Shown here: piece after piece, positions 1 to 9,139 of the stretch
How the letters are laid out: each line of letters starts with the position of its first letter
Numbering within the stretch: the stretch's first letter is position 1
From: Ignicoccus islandicus DSM 13165
Lineage (GTDB): Archaea; Thermoproteota; Thermoprotei_A; Sulfolobales; Ignicoccaceae
Length of the DNA: 32,000 nt
Assembly: GCF_001481685.1 (NCBI RefSeq)
Contig: NZ_CP006867.1
Span: 1,320,001-1,352,000 of the forward strand
Direction: 5' to 3'
Program-made: the position numbers and the translations under genes
The notes under the pieces: generated by a model
What the model was told of the DNA's origin: nothing
Database searches by the model: none
Seen by the model: only the letters and a program-made list of their open reading frames with translations

Positions 1-216
1 TAGTAACGGTTCGCCTCCAGTAATTTTTACGTCCTCTGCACCTAACTTGCGTGCTATTCGTGCTATAATTGAGAATTCATACCATTCCAGTTCATCTTTT
101 ATAAGACCATCTATCCCTTCTCTATGACAGAAGAAACAATTGAAGTTGCAAGCGTAAGTTATAGATATTCTCAATGATTTAAAGGGTCGTCCATATGAAT
201 CGTAAAGTACGTTTAT
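1..216 (-). CDS. moaA: MoaA, GTP 3',8-cyclase, N-terminal fragment (continues past the left edge of the window)
   Basis: Manual translation of the minus strand (not in the ORF track): NVLYDSYGRPFKSLRISITYACNFNCFFCHREGIDGLIKDELEWYEFSIIARIARKLGAEDVKITGGEPLL. Contains CX3CX2C and TGGEPLL. The 5' end is uncertain because there is no ATG/GTG/TTG upstream of the DSYGRP motif. Confidence 0.85.
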   Translation of the reverse strand, partial: MNVLYDSYGRPFKSLRISITYACNFNCFFCHREGIDGLIKDELEWYEFSIIARIARKLGAEDVKITGGEPLL

Positions 217-291
217 GTTATCATTTAGTTCAATTGCTAGGACCCCATCGTAATTCGATGAGATATTTAGAAGTTTTTAGTAACATTGCTA

Positions 292-768
292 CTACTTTAC
301 ACTTATAAAGTACGTCTCAATGAAAGCTGCGATCAATAAATATAATATGCCTTTCAGAAAGGATCTCTTACTTCCTTTGAGAGCTAAGGCGTATGCGTAA
401 AGTTCCAAAATTGTATGGGCACCTAATATGACCGATAAAGGGTAACTTTTCGAAATATGCCTAGCCACTAATGCAGTAATGGTTATTACGTATCCTAAAT
501 AGAGCTCCTTAAGTAAGGCAGTTAAGGTTAATACAAGGAAATTGTTTGTGAAAATCTTCACATAGATCTCAAGAGCACTACCAACGATTAAATTCTCGAT
601 GCGTTCGTACGCCATCCTCGAAAGGAATGTTTCACATCTCCCTATTGATGCTACTGCTGCTATCGTAACCCATTCAACCAAAGTTATCTTCAAAGGATCC
701 AACTTCCTTAATCGAAGACCGTAGTATATGAGAGATACCGTGATGGGCACTAGTTCACAGAGTATCAA
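292..768 (-). CDS. Integral membrane protein, possibly SpoIIM/DUF95-like
   Basis: ORF of 158 aa with several hydrophobic segments; the LGAHTILELYAYALAL segment resembles the conserved G-x-x-E-x-x-A helix of SpoIIM-like proteins. Confidence 0.55.
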   Translation of the reverse strand: MILCELVPITVSLIYYGLRLRKLDPLKITLVEWVTIAAVASIGRCETFLSRMAYERIENLIVGSALEIYVKIFTNNFLVLTLTALLKELYLGYVITITALVARHISKSYPLSVILGAHTILELYAYALALKGSKRSFLKGILYLLIAAFIETYFISVK

Positions 769-771
769 CTA

Positions 772-1194
772 TCATCCACCATATGGAACTAATAAGAGGA
801 TTCCCTCTCGAATTGCCTTGTTTAAAGATGAGGTTTCAATGTAAACGGATATTGGAAGCCATGGTTCTGGTGTAAAACCAGATAAGGAATATGATAAGGT
901 AATCCATCCGTTCGTATACTTCACTTCTTTGATACTTCGATTAGTACTAACTAACTTCAACATAGTAGGGCATTCATATAGAATTGAGTATGCTCTCGTC
1001 CCCCATACGTGATATCCCCAGCCTTTGCAATTTCCATATACTCTGATAGAAGGATCGTGTTCTACTATAATACATTTCTTCTCATCATTTTCCAATAGGA
1101 TGGAAACTATCTCAACGTCTTCTTTACCTTCTAACATCTTCTCTATTTTGATATGACGACAGTTTCCCTTACTCTTTCCCTTTAACATAATCAA
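772..1194 (-). CDS. Hypothetical protein
   Basis: ORF of 140 aa, 3 nt upstream of the next minus-strand ORF; no recognised family. Confidence 0.5.
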   Translation of the reverse strand: MIMLKGKSKGNCRHIKIEKMLEGKEDVEIVSILLENDEKKCIIVEHDPSIRVYGNCKGWGYHVWGTRAYSILYECPTMLKLVSTNRSIKEVKYTNGWITLSYSLSGFTPEPWLPISVYIETSSLNKAIREGILLLVPYGG

Positions 1195-1242
1195 TGGACA
1201 CCAACCAAAATCAATAAGTTCATAATATTAAGGCAATAACGC

Positions 1243-2097
1243 ATGTCCTTTAAGGGTACAACTGATTTGCCATGGCTTAGCATCAGAGATAAAGACGACG
1301 AGGATATACCGGTTCCGTATCCGTTTATAACCAAAATGGGTGTCAGTGATCTCTATATAATAGTACTTAAAATAGATCTAAACGTCTATACGCAACTAAT
1401 AAGATCGTTACTAGACTACTTGTACAACAAAGGTGTTGATGTAATTCATATAGTTAGAGGTAACATCGATGCTAAGAGTAAGTCGATTACGTATATATTA
1501 TTGGTAAATATGAAAAACGCCACAACGAACATCGAGGCACTGAAAGAGGATCTACGAAAGATAGATGGAGTAAAGAAGGTTATAGTCGGTAGCGAAAGAT
1601 TGTCCGACATACTGTTATTTCCAAACGCATTCCCTATCTTTACTTTCGAAAGAAGCATAATAATTCCATTGACAATGATTAAAGCGTTCTTTAACGCAAT
1701 AGCTGCCTACTTCAAACAACCGGCATTAGCCGCGAGCACATTATATCAACTTGGATTTAGAATAGGGTTTTCGCTCACTGAATTCTTAAGCGAAACGAGT
1801 GGTCATACAGGCGAAGTGCTATTGAGGGACGTTTTGGATTTCCTAAAAGCACAAGGCATAGGGTCCTTCGAATACAAGGCGAGAAATCTGGGGACACCTA
1901 AAGGTGAAATCATTATAAAAATGACGCATGGCATAGAAACTGCTGCTTCAAACTTGCCAGCGCCTAGATGTCATCTAACTAGAGGCATATTGAGTGGGGT
2001 TTCTAGCTACATTTTGAAGAGCTATGTTCCAATGCAAGAAATTAAATGCGTTGCAAAAGGCGATAAGTATTGTCTATTCGCAACAGTTAGGAAGTAA
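1243..2097 (+). CDS. V4R (4-vinyl reductase) domain protein
   Basis: C-terminal V4R signature: TRGILSGVSSYILKSYVPMQEIKCVAKGDKYCLFATV; 284 aa. Confidence 0.75.
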   Translation: MSFKGTTDLPWLSIRDKDDEDIPVPYPFITKMGVSDLYIIVLKIDLNVYTQLIRSLLDYLYNKGVDVIHIVRGNIDAKSKSITYILLVNMKNATTNIEALKEDLRKIDGVKKVIVGSERLSDILLFPNAFPIFTFERSIIIPLTMIKAFFNAIAAYFKQPALAASTLYQLGFRIGFSLTEFLSETSGHTGEVLLRDVLDFLKAQGIGSFEYKARNLGTPKGEIIIKMTHGIETAASNLPAPRCHLTRGILSGVSSYILKSYVPMQEIKCVAKGDKYCLFATVRK

Positions 2098-2485
2098 CTT
2101 GTTCGCGGAACCTTCCTTTGAGGTTCAAAAATTCCTCCATCTTCTCTACAGTTACGTCACTGAGACCGTGTTCCATATAACACGCATCGCTCTCTGCATA
2201 CTTCTCAGGTACATTTAACACCTCTATTAGGAATCTCTTTATGGTGTCAAACTTTCTCTCTATTTCCTTTGCCTTGTTGATGCCATCTATCGTAAGCTCA
2301 ACAATACCGTTCTGGTACGAAACAAGACCTTCTTTAGAAAGCTTATTTAAATACTCTATCACCGTCGGTAACTTCACTTTCATGTAATCGGCTATGTCCT
2401 TTGCTGAGACTACGTTCTTCTTCTTCTTTAGTCTGTATATAACCTTTATGTAATCTTCGTACCTCTTTCCGTATGCCGCCCTCAA
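2087..2485 (-). CDS. DtxR/MntR-family metal-dependent transcriptional regulator
   Basis: N-terminal wHTH (YEDYIKVIYRLKKKKNVVSAKDIADYMKVKLPTVIEYLNKLSKEGLV) and metal-binding helix AESDACYMEHGLSD. Confidence 0.85.
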   Translation of the reverse strand: MRAAYGKRYEDYIKVIYRLKKKKNVVSAKDIADYMKVKLPTVIEYLNKLSKEGLVSYQNGIVELTIDGINKAKEIERKFDTIKRFLIEVLNVPEKYAESDACYMEHGLSDVTVEKMEEFLNLKGRFREQVTS

Positions 2486-2784
2486 TCTCGTATCCTCTTC
2501 ATTACACTCTCAACCTTTCGATCCATTTTAAGCTCTTTGTCAGATCTGTAATCTATTCGTATTACAAAAACTACCCTCTTAATACCCCTAGCCTCCATTC
2601 TCTTCCTTATTTCATCCAAGACGTCTGAGATCTGGCTAAAATTATCTATTTCGAAGACTGTTGCCATAGGTGTAACCTTGAAATTTAATCCCTTGTCTCT
2701 TAGCACCTTAACTGCTTCCGCGACATATTCTGAAACGCTCGGGGAACCAGTTCCTAGTGGTAGCACTTGTATCTCTACAATCAT
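2482..2784 (-). CDS. MTH1187/YkoF-type thiamine-binding (DUF77) family protein
   Basis: MIVEIQVLPLGTGSPSVSEYVAEAVKVLRDKGLNFKVTPMATVFEI. The internal Met at codon 32 of the 131-aa ORF is the likely start, giving 2482..2784. Confidence 0.8.
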   Translation of the reverse strand: MIVEIQVLPLGTGSPSVSEYVAEAVKVLRDKGLNFKVTPMATVFEIDNFSQISDVLDEIRKRMEARGIKRVVFVIRIDYRSDKELKMDRKVESVMKRIRD

Positions 2785-2932
2785 CGAAGCTTCCCCTAGA
2801 GTTGTATTGAGGAAAGTAAAAAGCACTAGTTTCAGGTACGTGGATAAGGGTATCGAAGCAAAGAAATTAGTAGGCATGAGGAAAAATCTTCATAGACCAC
2901 CAAGTGGCCAAGAAGTTACTGGGGTATTCGGA

Positions 2933-3592
2933 GTGGTAAAACTGAAAGTTAAAGTTGTGAGTTGGGGAGAAGTCGTAAGATGGAGTAACGAGCTAGCTTT
3001 CGTAATAATGGACTCAGGATATAAGCCGGACGTAATAGTCGCCATAGCTCGAGGCGGGTTAGTACCAGCAAGGCTATTAGCTGATTACATGGACGTAATT
3101 GACGTCCTATCTCTAAAGGTTGAGCACTGGATTGAAACAGGCTCCCATCAGGAAGAAGCGGTAATAAAGTACGAGACGAAAGATATTGACTTAAGCGATA
3201 AAAAGGTCTTAATAGTAGATGATATCTGCGATACTGGAAAGAGTTTATCTGTAGCTAAGGAGTTCGTAATTAAAAACTGGAAGGCTAGGGAAGTAAAGCT
3301 AGCAACGTTCCAATATATAGAACCAGTTGCACAAATTAAACCTGACTTCTACGTAGATCTGGTAAAGGATTGGACATGGTACATGTATCCGTGGAATTAC
3401 GTTGAGGACATGGTTAATTTAGTTAAAAAGATGTTAAAGGAAGAAGGTGAATTGAGCCTACAAGAAATTACCGTAAAATTCAAGGAATGGTATAACATAA
3501 CTCCCCCATTATCGATTGCCGAAACGGTCCATATAATGGAATACCGTGGCCTAATTAATAAGGTCAATGGGAAGTACGTACTAGTAAAGTGA
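2933..3592 (+). CDS. Purine phosphoribosyltransferase-like protein with C-terminal helix-turn-helix-like extension
   Basis: PRPP loop VLIVDDICDTGKSL plus VIVAIARGGLVPARLLADYM. The track ORF opens at 2678; a GTG at 2933 or TTG/ATG near 2876 is more plausible as start. Confidence 0.8.
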   Translation: MVKLKVKVVSWGEVVRWSNELAFVIMDSGYKPDVIVAIARGGLVPARLLADYMDVIDVLSLKVEHWIETGSHQEEAVIKYETKDIDLSDKKVLIVDDICDTGKSLSVAKEFVIKNWKAREVKLATFQYIEPVAQIKPDFYVDLVKDWTWYMYPWNYVEDMVNLVKKMLKEEGELSLQEITVKFKEWYNITPPLSIAETVHIMEYRGLINKVNGKYVLVK

Positions 3593-3641
3593 ATCTAGTT
3601 AAGACCTTTACACTTTTTCACATCTACGGGTAGACTTTACG

Positions 3642-4709
3642 TTGGTCGAAAGTGATTTCTATATAGTTGGTGGAGGCCCAGCTGGTATAGCAGCTGCGTA
3701 TTTCCTTTCTCAGAAAGGGTTTAAAGTAGAGGTATTTGAAGCCAAGAAAGTATTAGGAAAGAAGCCTTGTGGTGGCGGTGTTCCCGATGAAATAAACAAA
3801 TTGATTCCATTACAACCTAGGAGTATTTTACAAGAAGTTTATGGAATGGAAATTTACTACGAAGACAACTTGATCGGTATGTGGGAAACTAATAGACCTA
3901 TATTCTATGTAATAGATAGGACAATATATTTGGAGAGTTTAGTAAAGGACTTAGATATAGTCGTTAATAAGAACTCTCCGGTCAAAATAAGTAACAATGT
4001 ATTCATAAGTAAAAAAGGAAGACTCGATCCGAACAAGGTAATCGTTGCAACTGGTGTTTCATGGAGATTAAGAGAGCGAGATATGGTTGCACAGACGCTT
4101 CAATACGTCCTAGATGACGTGAAGCTAGATAACCCTCATCACATGAAATTCCTATTCTATAGAGATTTAGTAGGATACGCTTGGATATTCCCACTTGGAG
4201 AAAAAAAGGTTGAAGTGGGTATAGGTTCCCTTAACAAGAGCTTAGGTTACATGGAAGAGAGATTAAGAGAAATCATTAAGAGAAACAACTTCAATGAAGG
4301 AAAAGTAGAGAAACGGGAAGGTGCACCAATAGATATGGGTGGCTTAAAACCGGACTGGGGTGGAAACGGACCTTATGTAGTAGGTGAAGCCATAGGCGCT
4401 GTTATGCCACTCACGGGTGAAGGAATAAGACCGAGTATCATCACTTCATCTCTCTTAGCCCACAGCATTGAGAGAGGTAGTGATTATGTGAAGACTCTGA
4501 AGAACTCGGACTTGTTCAAAGCCACCAAACTCCAAAGGAAGATCCTTGAGAAGGTCTACAAGAATGGAGTATCAATTCCGTTAGAGGGAGTTCAACTAGA
4601 ACCCAGAACAGTTGAATTAATCTACAGGTTAGGCATGGGCAAAATGGATCTAAAAACGTTATTCCATATAGCTAGAAAGTTACCGTCGTTATTTATGGGC
4701 CTTATCTAA
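3642..4709 (+). CDS. Geranylgeranyl reductase family FAD-dependent oxidoreductase
   Basis: Rossmann motif YIVGGGPAGIAAAYFLSQKGFKVEVFEA, KKPCGGGVP, and VVGEAIGAVMPLTGEGIRPSI. Confidence 0.85.
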   Translation: MVESDFYIVGGGPAGIAAAYFLSQKGFKVEVFEAKKVLGKKPCGGGVPDEINKLIPLQPRSILQEVYGMEIYYEDNLIGMWETNRPIFYVIDRTIYLESLVKDLDIVVNKNSPVKISNNVFISKKGRLDPNKVIVATGVSWRLRERDMVAQTLQYVLDDVKLDNPHHMKFLFYRDLVGYAWIFPLGEKKVEVGIGSLNKSLGYMEERLREIIKRNNFNEGKVEKREGAPIDMGGLKPDWGGNGPYVVGEAIGAVMPLTGEGIRPSIITSSLLAHSIERGSDYVKTLKNSDLFKATKLQRKILEKVYKNGVSIPLEGVQLEPRTVELIYRLGMGKMDLKTLFHIARKLPSLFMGLI

Positions 4710-4814
4710 TACAATCATTTAGTAAAAGGATGTCTATGAATAATAGCAAAAGTGCGATGGGGAGTAGCGTTTTAGTACATTTTTTATGTTTCGATCCATG
4801 GGAGATTCAACGGA

Positions 4815-5267
4815 ATGAAAGAGCTAGATGAGACCGACAAGAAGATCTTGATGAAGCTACAAGAAAACGCAAGAATTTCTTATTCGAAAATAGCGAAGGA
4901 GCTTAACTTAAGTGAATCAACAATACATCATAGGATAAGACGTCTCAAAGAAATTGGTATAATAAAGGGGTTTAGAACTCTACTCGATCCTGATAAGATA
5001 GGGCTTCATGTATCGGCTTTCGTATTACTCAAAACCGATCCACACCACCACAGTGAAGCTCTAGAGAAAATTACACGCATTAAGGGCGTTTACGAAGTGT
5101 ATGATGTGACCGGAGAATATTCCGGATTAGTAAAGGTCATGGTTCGTAGTCGTGAAGAACTAGCTGAGGTCCTAGATGAAATAGGGAAAATTGATGGTGT
5201 ACTTCATACGTATACTTTGGTTGTACTTAAAGTTATATCGCAGAAGGAAACAATAGAATTAGATTAA
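4815..5267 (+). CDS. Lrp/AsnC-family transcriptional regulator
   Basis: LDETDKKILMKLQENARISYSKIAKELNLSESTIHHRIRRLKEIGII plus RAM domain (GVYEVYDVTGEYSGLVKVMVRS). Confidence 0.92.
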   Translation: MKELDETDKKILMKLQENARISYSKIAKELNLSESTIHHRIRRLKEIGIIKGFRTLLDPDKIGLHVSAFVLLKTDPHHHSEALEKITRIKGVYEVYDVTGEYSGLVKVMVRSREELAEVLDEIGKIDGVLHTYTLVVLKVISQKETIELD

Positions 5268-6466
5268 CGAAGCTTAGCTACTTTCCGATTTAGTGATACA
5301 CGTGTTATCAAGTAAATTACTAATTCACCTTTCTCAAAACCGCGAACGTATGCGTCGTATGGGATTGTGGTGTGAGAATCTCTCTCCATGACGACAGCAA
5401 CCTCTCTGTTCAGTCCCAATTTCTTAAGCAACTTGTCTACTGTGATCCAGCGGTTCGCTTCAACGAAGCTCCATGTCACGAAGCCTTGTCCAATTATAGG
5501 AATATTTCCATCCTTACTCAGATAATCGATAGTTGGTTCTAACTCAGCTATTCTAAGACCTAATTCGCGTGCTTTTCTTCGAAGGTGACACGCCGGGCAA
5601 ATATCTCCGTAAGATATGGACCCACAATACTTGCACCTTTTAATAGATTCGAGATCTTTCTCTAATTTTATACTTTCCCCTAATCTTTGGAGGTTCCTTA
5701 GAGTTCTCAGCTTAATCGAAGGGTGTTCGACCTCTATTTCGTGCATGAAGTTCCTTATCCTGTCTGCGAAGAGTATACCTACGTCGTATAAGGGACACCT
5801 CTCTTTGATCCATTCGAGTCTCTTATTTATCGCGAAGGCTAGGACGTCTCGTTCATATATCCAGAAAAGCGGCTTTACGCGTCCTAGAGCACCTGGCAGA
5901 GGTTCTTCAATAGCTGTAATCTTCCTCAGGTTCTCAATATCGGATGAAAGCAATGAGGTTAGGCCGACTTGAAGCATATCGTCTAGGTTATGTCCCGTTG
6001 AAACGTATCTATAACCTAGTCTAGTCCCTACCAAGTTTATTGCATGATTTCGTATTAGAGAACACAAACCACAAGGTTTTCTCTTAAGTTCACGATAGTG
6101 AAGTGCTGTAAACCCATATACATCGAACGCGTGAACAGTTACGTGTTCTATTCCGAGTTCTTGGGAATACTTTGCGGAAACCTTGGCTTCTAGCGTAGTG
6201 TACTTGGGAACAGTATCCACGGTTACAGACTTTAAATCTTCAATTTCACCCCTTTCCTTCAGCTTACTTAACAGATAGATCATTGTCAAACTATCTTTGC
6301 CGCCCGAGGTAGCAACGAGGATTCTCTTCGGTAACTTAATTCTCTTTACCCTCTTTATAAGAAATTCTTCGAAATGGTCCTTACATAGTCGTAGCTTAGC
6401 ATAGGGTAATGTTACAACCGCTTCTTTAGAACACAGACTACATTTCGGGCGGCGTACCTCTACCAT
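5264..6466 (-). CDS. tRNA 2-thiolation-type adenylating sulfurtransferase (TtuA/Ncs6/Ctu1-like)
   Basis: PP-loop ILVATSGGKDSLTMIYLL; N-terminal CSLC...C zinc motif; KPCGLCSLIRNHAIN; C-terminal CKYCGS...CPAC zinc motif; extra C-terminal beta-grasp-like extension. Confidence 0.88.
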   Translation of the reverse strand: MVEVRRPKCSLCSKEAVVTLPYAKLRLCKDHFEEFLIKRVKRIKLPKRILVATSGGKDSLTMIYLLSKLKERGEIEDLKSVTVDTVPKYTTLEAKVSAKYSQELGIEHVTVHAFDVYGFTALHYRELKRKPCGLCSLIRNHAINLVGTRLGYRYVSTGHNLDDMLQVGLTSLLSSDIENLRKITAIEEPLPGALGRVKPLFWIYERDVLAFAINKRLEWIKERCPLYDVGILFADRIRNFMHEIEVEHPSIKLRTLRNLQRLGESIKLEKDLESIKRCKYCGSISYGDICPACHLRRKARELGLRIAELEPTIDYLSKDGNIPIIGQGFVTWSFVEANRWITVDKLLKKLGLNREVAVVMERDSHTTIPYDAYVRGFEKGELVIYLITRVSLNRKVAKLR

Positions 6467-8004
6467 ACTATTTCAGCTAATACGCTCCTGCTGTGATGCC
6501 TTTTTACTTCCACGCTTATCCACGAGTATTTCTCTAATTCCTGGGGTATTTCGACAGTTATTGGGTAACTTCCGGGTTGACGACCGTAACTAACGCCCCG
6601 CTCAACTTTTTCAATAACGACGTTTACCAATTTCGTCCCTATTGGTACGACCTTCCTCAACATCTCTTCTTGCCACTTCAAGACATACTTGCGGAAACTT
6701 TCGTAACCCTTAGCTATACGTGGTTTCTTAATCATATATGAGACTTTCGTCCCTTCAATTATTGAAAGCTTCCTAAGGTTAACTCTTCTGACGAGTAAGC
6801 CTTTCCTCTCAATTCGTCTCAGAAGTTCTTTATTAAACTCCCATGTCTCCTTACTCTCGCCCGGCAATCCTGCAATGAAATTTATACCCGGAAGCAAATG
6901 AGGTAATCCATTCCATCCTCTTTTTCTTCCTATTTCATTAATTACCTCTATTGCAAAAATGGCTTGATCGATGTCTACTTTGAGGTTATTCAGCTTTACT
7001 ACTTTTGGATCAACGCTCTCTATTCCTAAAGCCGCTACGTCTCCAGGTGTGTGATACTCAACGATCGTCTTTAATGCCCTTCTGGAGAGGTCGGGCCATT
7101 CGTATATAGTCCTTGGATTGACGTTATCAATATGCAAAGTGATAAGGGAAGGTGCTACGTTACGTATGCCATTAAAGAGTTGTGTGAGGAGCCGTATGTT
7201 CGGTTTAGGCCATTCGTTAACGCCTAGTTCAGGAGAGCCGTAGACAAGTATGTCACTTTGTCTACCGAGTCGGAAGTTCCTGACTCCCAACTTGTAAGCG
7301 TTCTCAACTTCCTTGACTATATCGTATATAGGTCTGACCAATGGCTTGCCGTATTGCGGATCAATACAAAAGCTGCATCCTCCACTTACCCATCGAGCAC
7401 ATCCACGATAAGTTTCTATTTCAAGCGTTAAGTTACCTATATTCATATTAGGATGTTGTAGGACTATTTCGGTTCCTCTAATCAATGCTTTACTACGTAG
7501 ATAGTAACTTTCCCTTGGATCGAGAGAGCTTATTCTATCAATTCCGTACTTAGCAGCTTGATAGAACCAAGGCGCGAGATCACCTCTAATAATAATGAAA
7601 TCCTCGTCAATAATTTCCGTTCTCTTCCCACCAATTCCGCCAATCCCATAAGTAGTTATTGGGCCTCCTAAAGCTATTGGAGAGTTGGACCAGAGCTTCA
7701 GTAACCTAAGTTCTTCCACATCCCTTAAAGGTTCGCCTCCAAGATATCTTCCAGGGACTAAAGCTCCAGCAACGACTAAAGTAAGGTCAACCTTTCCGGA
7801 AAGTTCAACGAAAAGACTCCTATTGCTCCTTACTTGATCTATCGTTAAGTAGTATACAGTCGAGTATTTATCGGCCAATTTCATTGCACCGTAAACTTCT
7901 CTTGAATAGACGTCCAAGTACGGTGGAACTCCTAGACCAGCTGGTTCGTCAGTGTAACCGTCCACTATTAGGAGTCGCCTTAGCTTCATTTCGTTGATGA
8001 CCAC
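6460..8004 (-). CDS. COG1031-type radical SAM protein (uncharacterised Fe-S oxidoreductase)
   Basis: YRGCARWVSGGCSFC cluster motif, N-terminal B12-binding-like region, LPGINFIAGLPGESKETWEFN radical SAM core segment. Confidence 0.82.
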   Translation of the reverse strand: MVINEMKLRRLLIVDGYTDEPAGLGVPPYLDVYSREVYGAMKLADKYSTVYYLTIDQVRSNRSLFVELSGKVDLTLVVAGALVPGRYLGGEPLRDVEELRLLKLWSNSPIALGGPITTYGIGGIGGKRTEIIDEDFIIIRGDLAPWFYQAAKYGIDRISSLDPRESYYLRSKALIRGTEIVLQHPNMNIGNLTLEIETYRGCARWVSGGCSFCIDPQYGKPLVRPIYDIVKEVENAYKLGVRNFRLGRQSDILVYGSPELGVNEWPKPNIRLLTQLFNGIRNVAPSLITLHIDNVNPRTIYEWPDLSRRALKTIVEYHTPGDVAALGIESVDPKVVKLNNLKVDIDQAIFAIEVINEIGRKRGWNGLPHLLPGINFIAGLPGESKETWEFNKELLRRIERKGLLVRRVNLRKLSIIEGTKVSYMIKKPRIAKGYESFRKYVLKWQEEMLRKVVPIGTKLVNVVIEKVERGVSYGRQPGSYPITVEIPQELEKYSWISVEVKRHHSRSVLAEIVW

Positions 8005-8018
8005 GTGAGGGTACGAAA

Positions 8019-8297
8019 ATGAAGGGTAAAATAGTCAGAGATAAAATACCTCTACAAGTACCGGGACAGTACAGAAAATGTACATCGGATGAAGAAATAT
8101 TGTATTTAGCAAGAAAATTGGTCGAGGAAGGAATAGAATTTCTCATATCATTAGATCCCGTAGAGCTAGCCGATGTATACGAAGTACTTTATGAAATAAC
8201 GAAAAGAATTAATGTGGATATAGGAGAACTTAGGAAGCAAAAAGCTTCGGAGAAGGGAAATATGGTAAACCTTTGGTGCACAGAAGAGCAGCCGTAA
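8019..8297 (+). CDS. MazG-like/phosphoribosyl-ATP pyrophosphohydrolase-like house-cleaning protein
   Basis: GKIVRDKIP...LARKLVEEGIEFLI...DPVELADVYEVLYEI pattern of the small all-alpha NTP pyrophosphohydrolase family. Confidence 0.75.
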   Translation: MKGKIVRDKIPLQVPGQYRKCTSDEEILYLARKLVEEGIEFLISLDPVELADVYEVLYEITKRINVDIGELRKQKASEKGNMVNLWCTEEQP

Positions 8298-8406
8298 ATT
8301 CTTACAGATTTACAATTTAATTTTCTATTTATACCTAGCCTTATTATAGTACCTTGAGTGTAATGCTCACGAAGTAACGCATTGCACAGGATGAGGTGAA
8401 TGCTGG

Positions 8407-9096
8407 ATGATAACATTGATAGAGTTCCTTAAAGTTCTAATACAATACGCTTTACTGATTTCATTGCCATTATCCTATAATCTAACTCATTTAGACAATT
8501 ACATCGATGTACATCATATAACCGAATACTCGAACTATATTGTTAATGATTGCAAAATTTCCATACTTAGACTTTCTCCGGGTCGTTATATAATACCTCA
8601 AGCGAAAATTACTATTTTCGTTTCCCCTCAAATGCTGGCCTCACAGAAATCGTTCCTATTATCAAGTCTACAGAAATTACTGCAAAATAAATATGAGGTG
8701 TATTTAGTTAAACTGAGATGTCCGGACTATCCTCACTTAAACGACCTCCAATTAAGGAAATTCTTTAATGGCATCCTTAAGAGCCAAATATGTTATGGAT
8801 GGGGTCCTGAAGCTTACTATTGCGATTACGTAGATTCCATTATTAAGATAAGGGATTCGCCTATGGGCTCGTACGAACTCTTCTTGAATTCAACTCTATT
8901 AGATAGCTCCAAGGGTTCCCAACTTGCTATTAAGTACTTGATCAAAAGCGGTAAACTAAAGTCATTGGGCGTTTCCAGATGGATATACGTTAATCATCGC
9001 ACGTATGCGATTGGATCGCAAGTAACCCCTTCGCTCTTAGACGGTAATGTGGATGAGATATTTAGATTAGCGGATAAATGGTTATCGACAAAGTAA
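8407..9096 (+). CDS. Hypothetical protein with N-terminal signal/TM segment
   Basis: 229 aa; GAGGTGA Shine-Dalgarno at ~8392; N-terminal hydrophobic segment VLIQYALLISLPLSY. Confidence 0.65.
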   Translation: MITLIEFLKVLIQYALLISLPLSYNLTHLDNYIDVHHITEYSNYIVNDCKISILRLSPGRYIIPQAKITIFVSPQMLASQKSFLLSSLQKLLQNKYEVYLVKLRCPDYPHLNDLQLRKFFNGILKSQICYGWGPEAYYCDYVDSIIKIRDSPMGSYELFLNSTLLDSSKGSQLAIKYLIKSGKLKSLGVSRWIYVNHRTYAIGSQVTPSLLDGNVDEIFRLADKWLSTK

Positions 9097-9139
9097 TGCA
9101 AAAAAGCTGTAATCAAGATCACTTCGCGGTCGAATTATT

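Noticed and set aside
1446-1658. Antisense ORF inside the V4R gene, and similar ones at 2024-2218, 4003-4194, 5616-5972, 7949-8146, 8189-8416, 9334-9537, 13149-13403, 14558-14749, 18103-18516, 20333-20698, 28265-28919
   Set aside because: All lie opposite strong CDSs or lack conserved motifs and upstream translation signals; treated as chance open frames.
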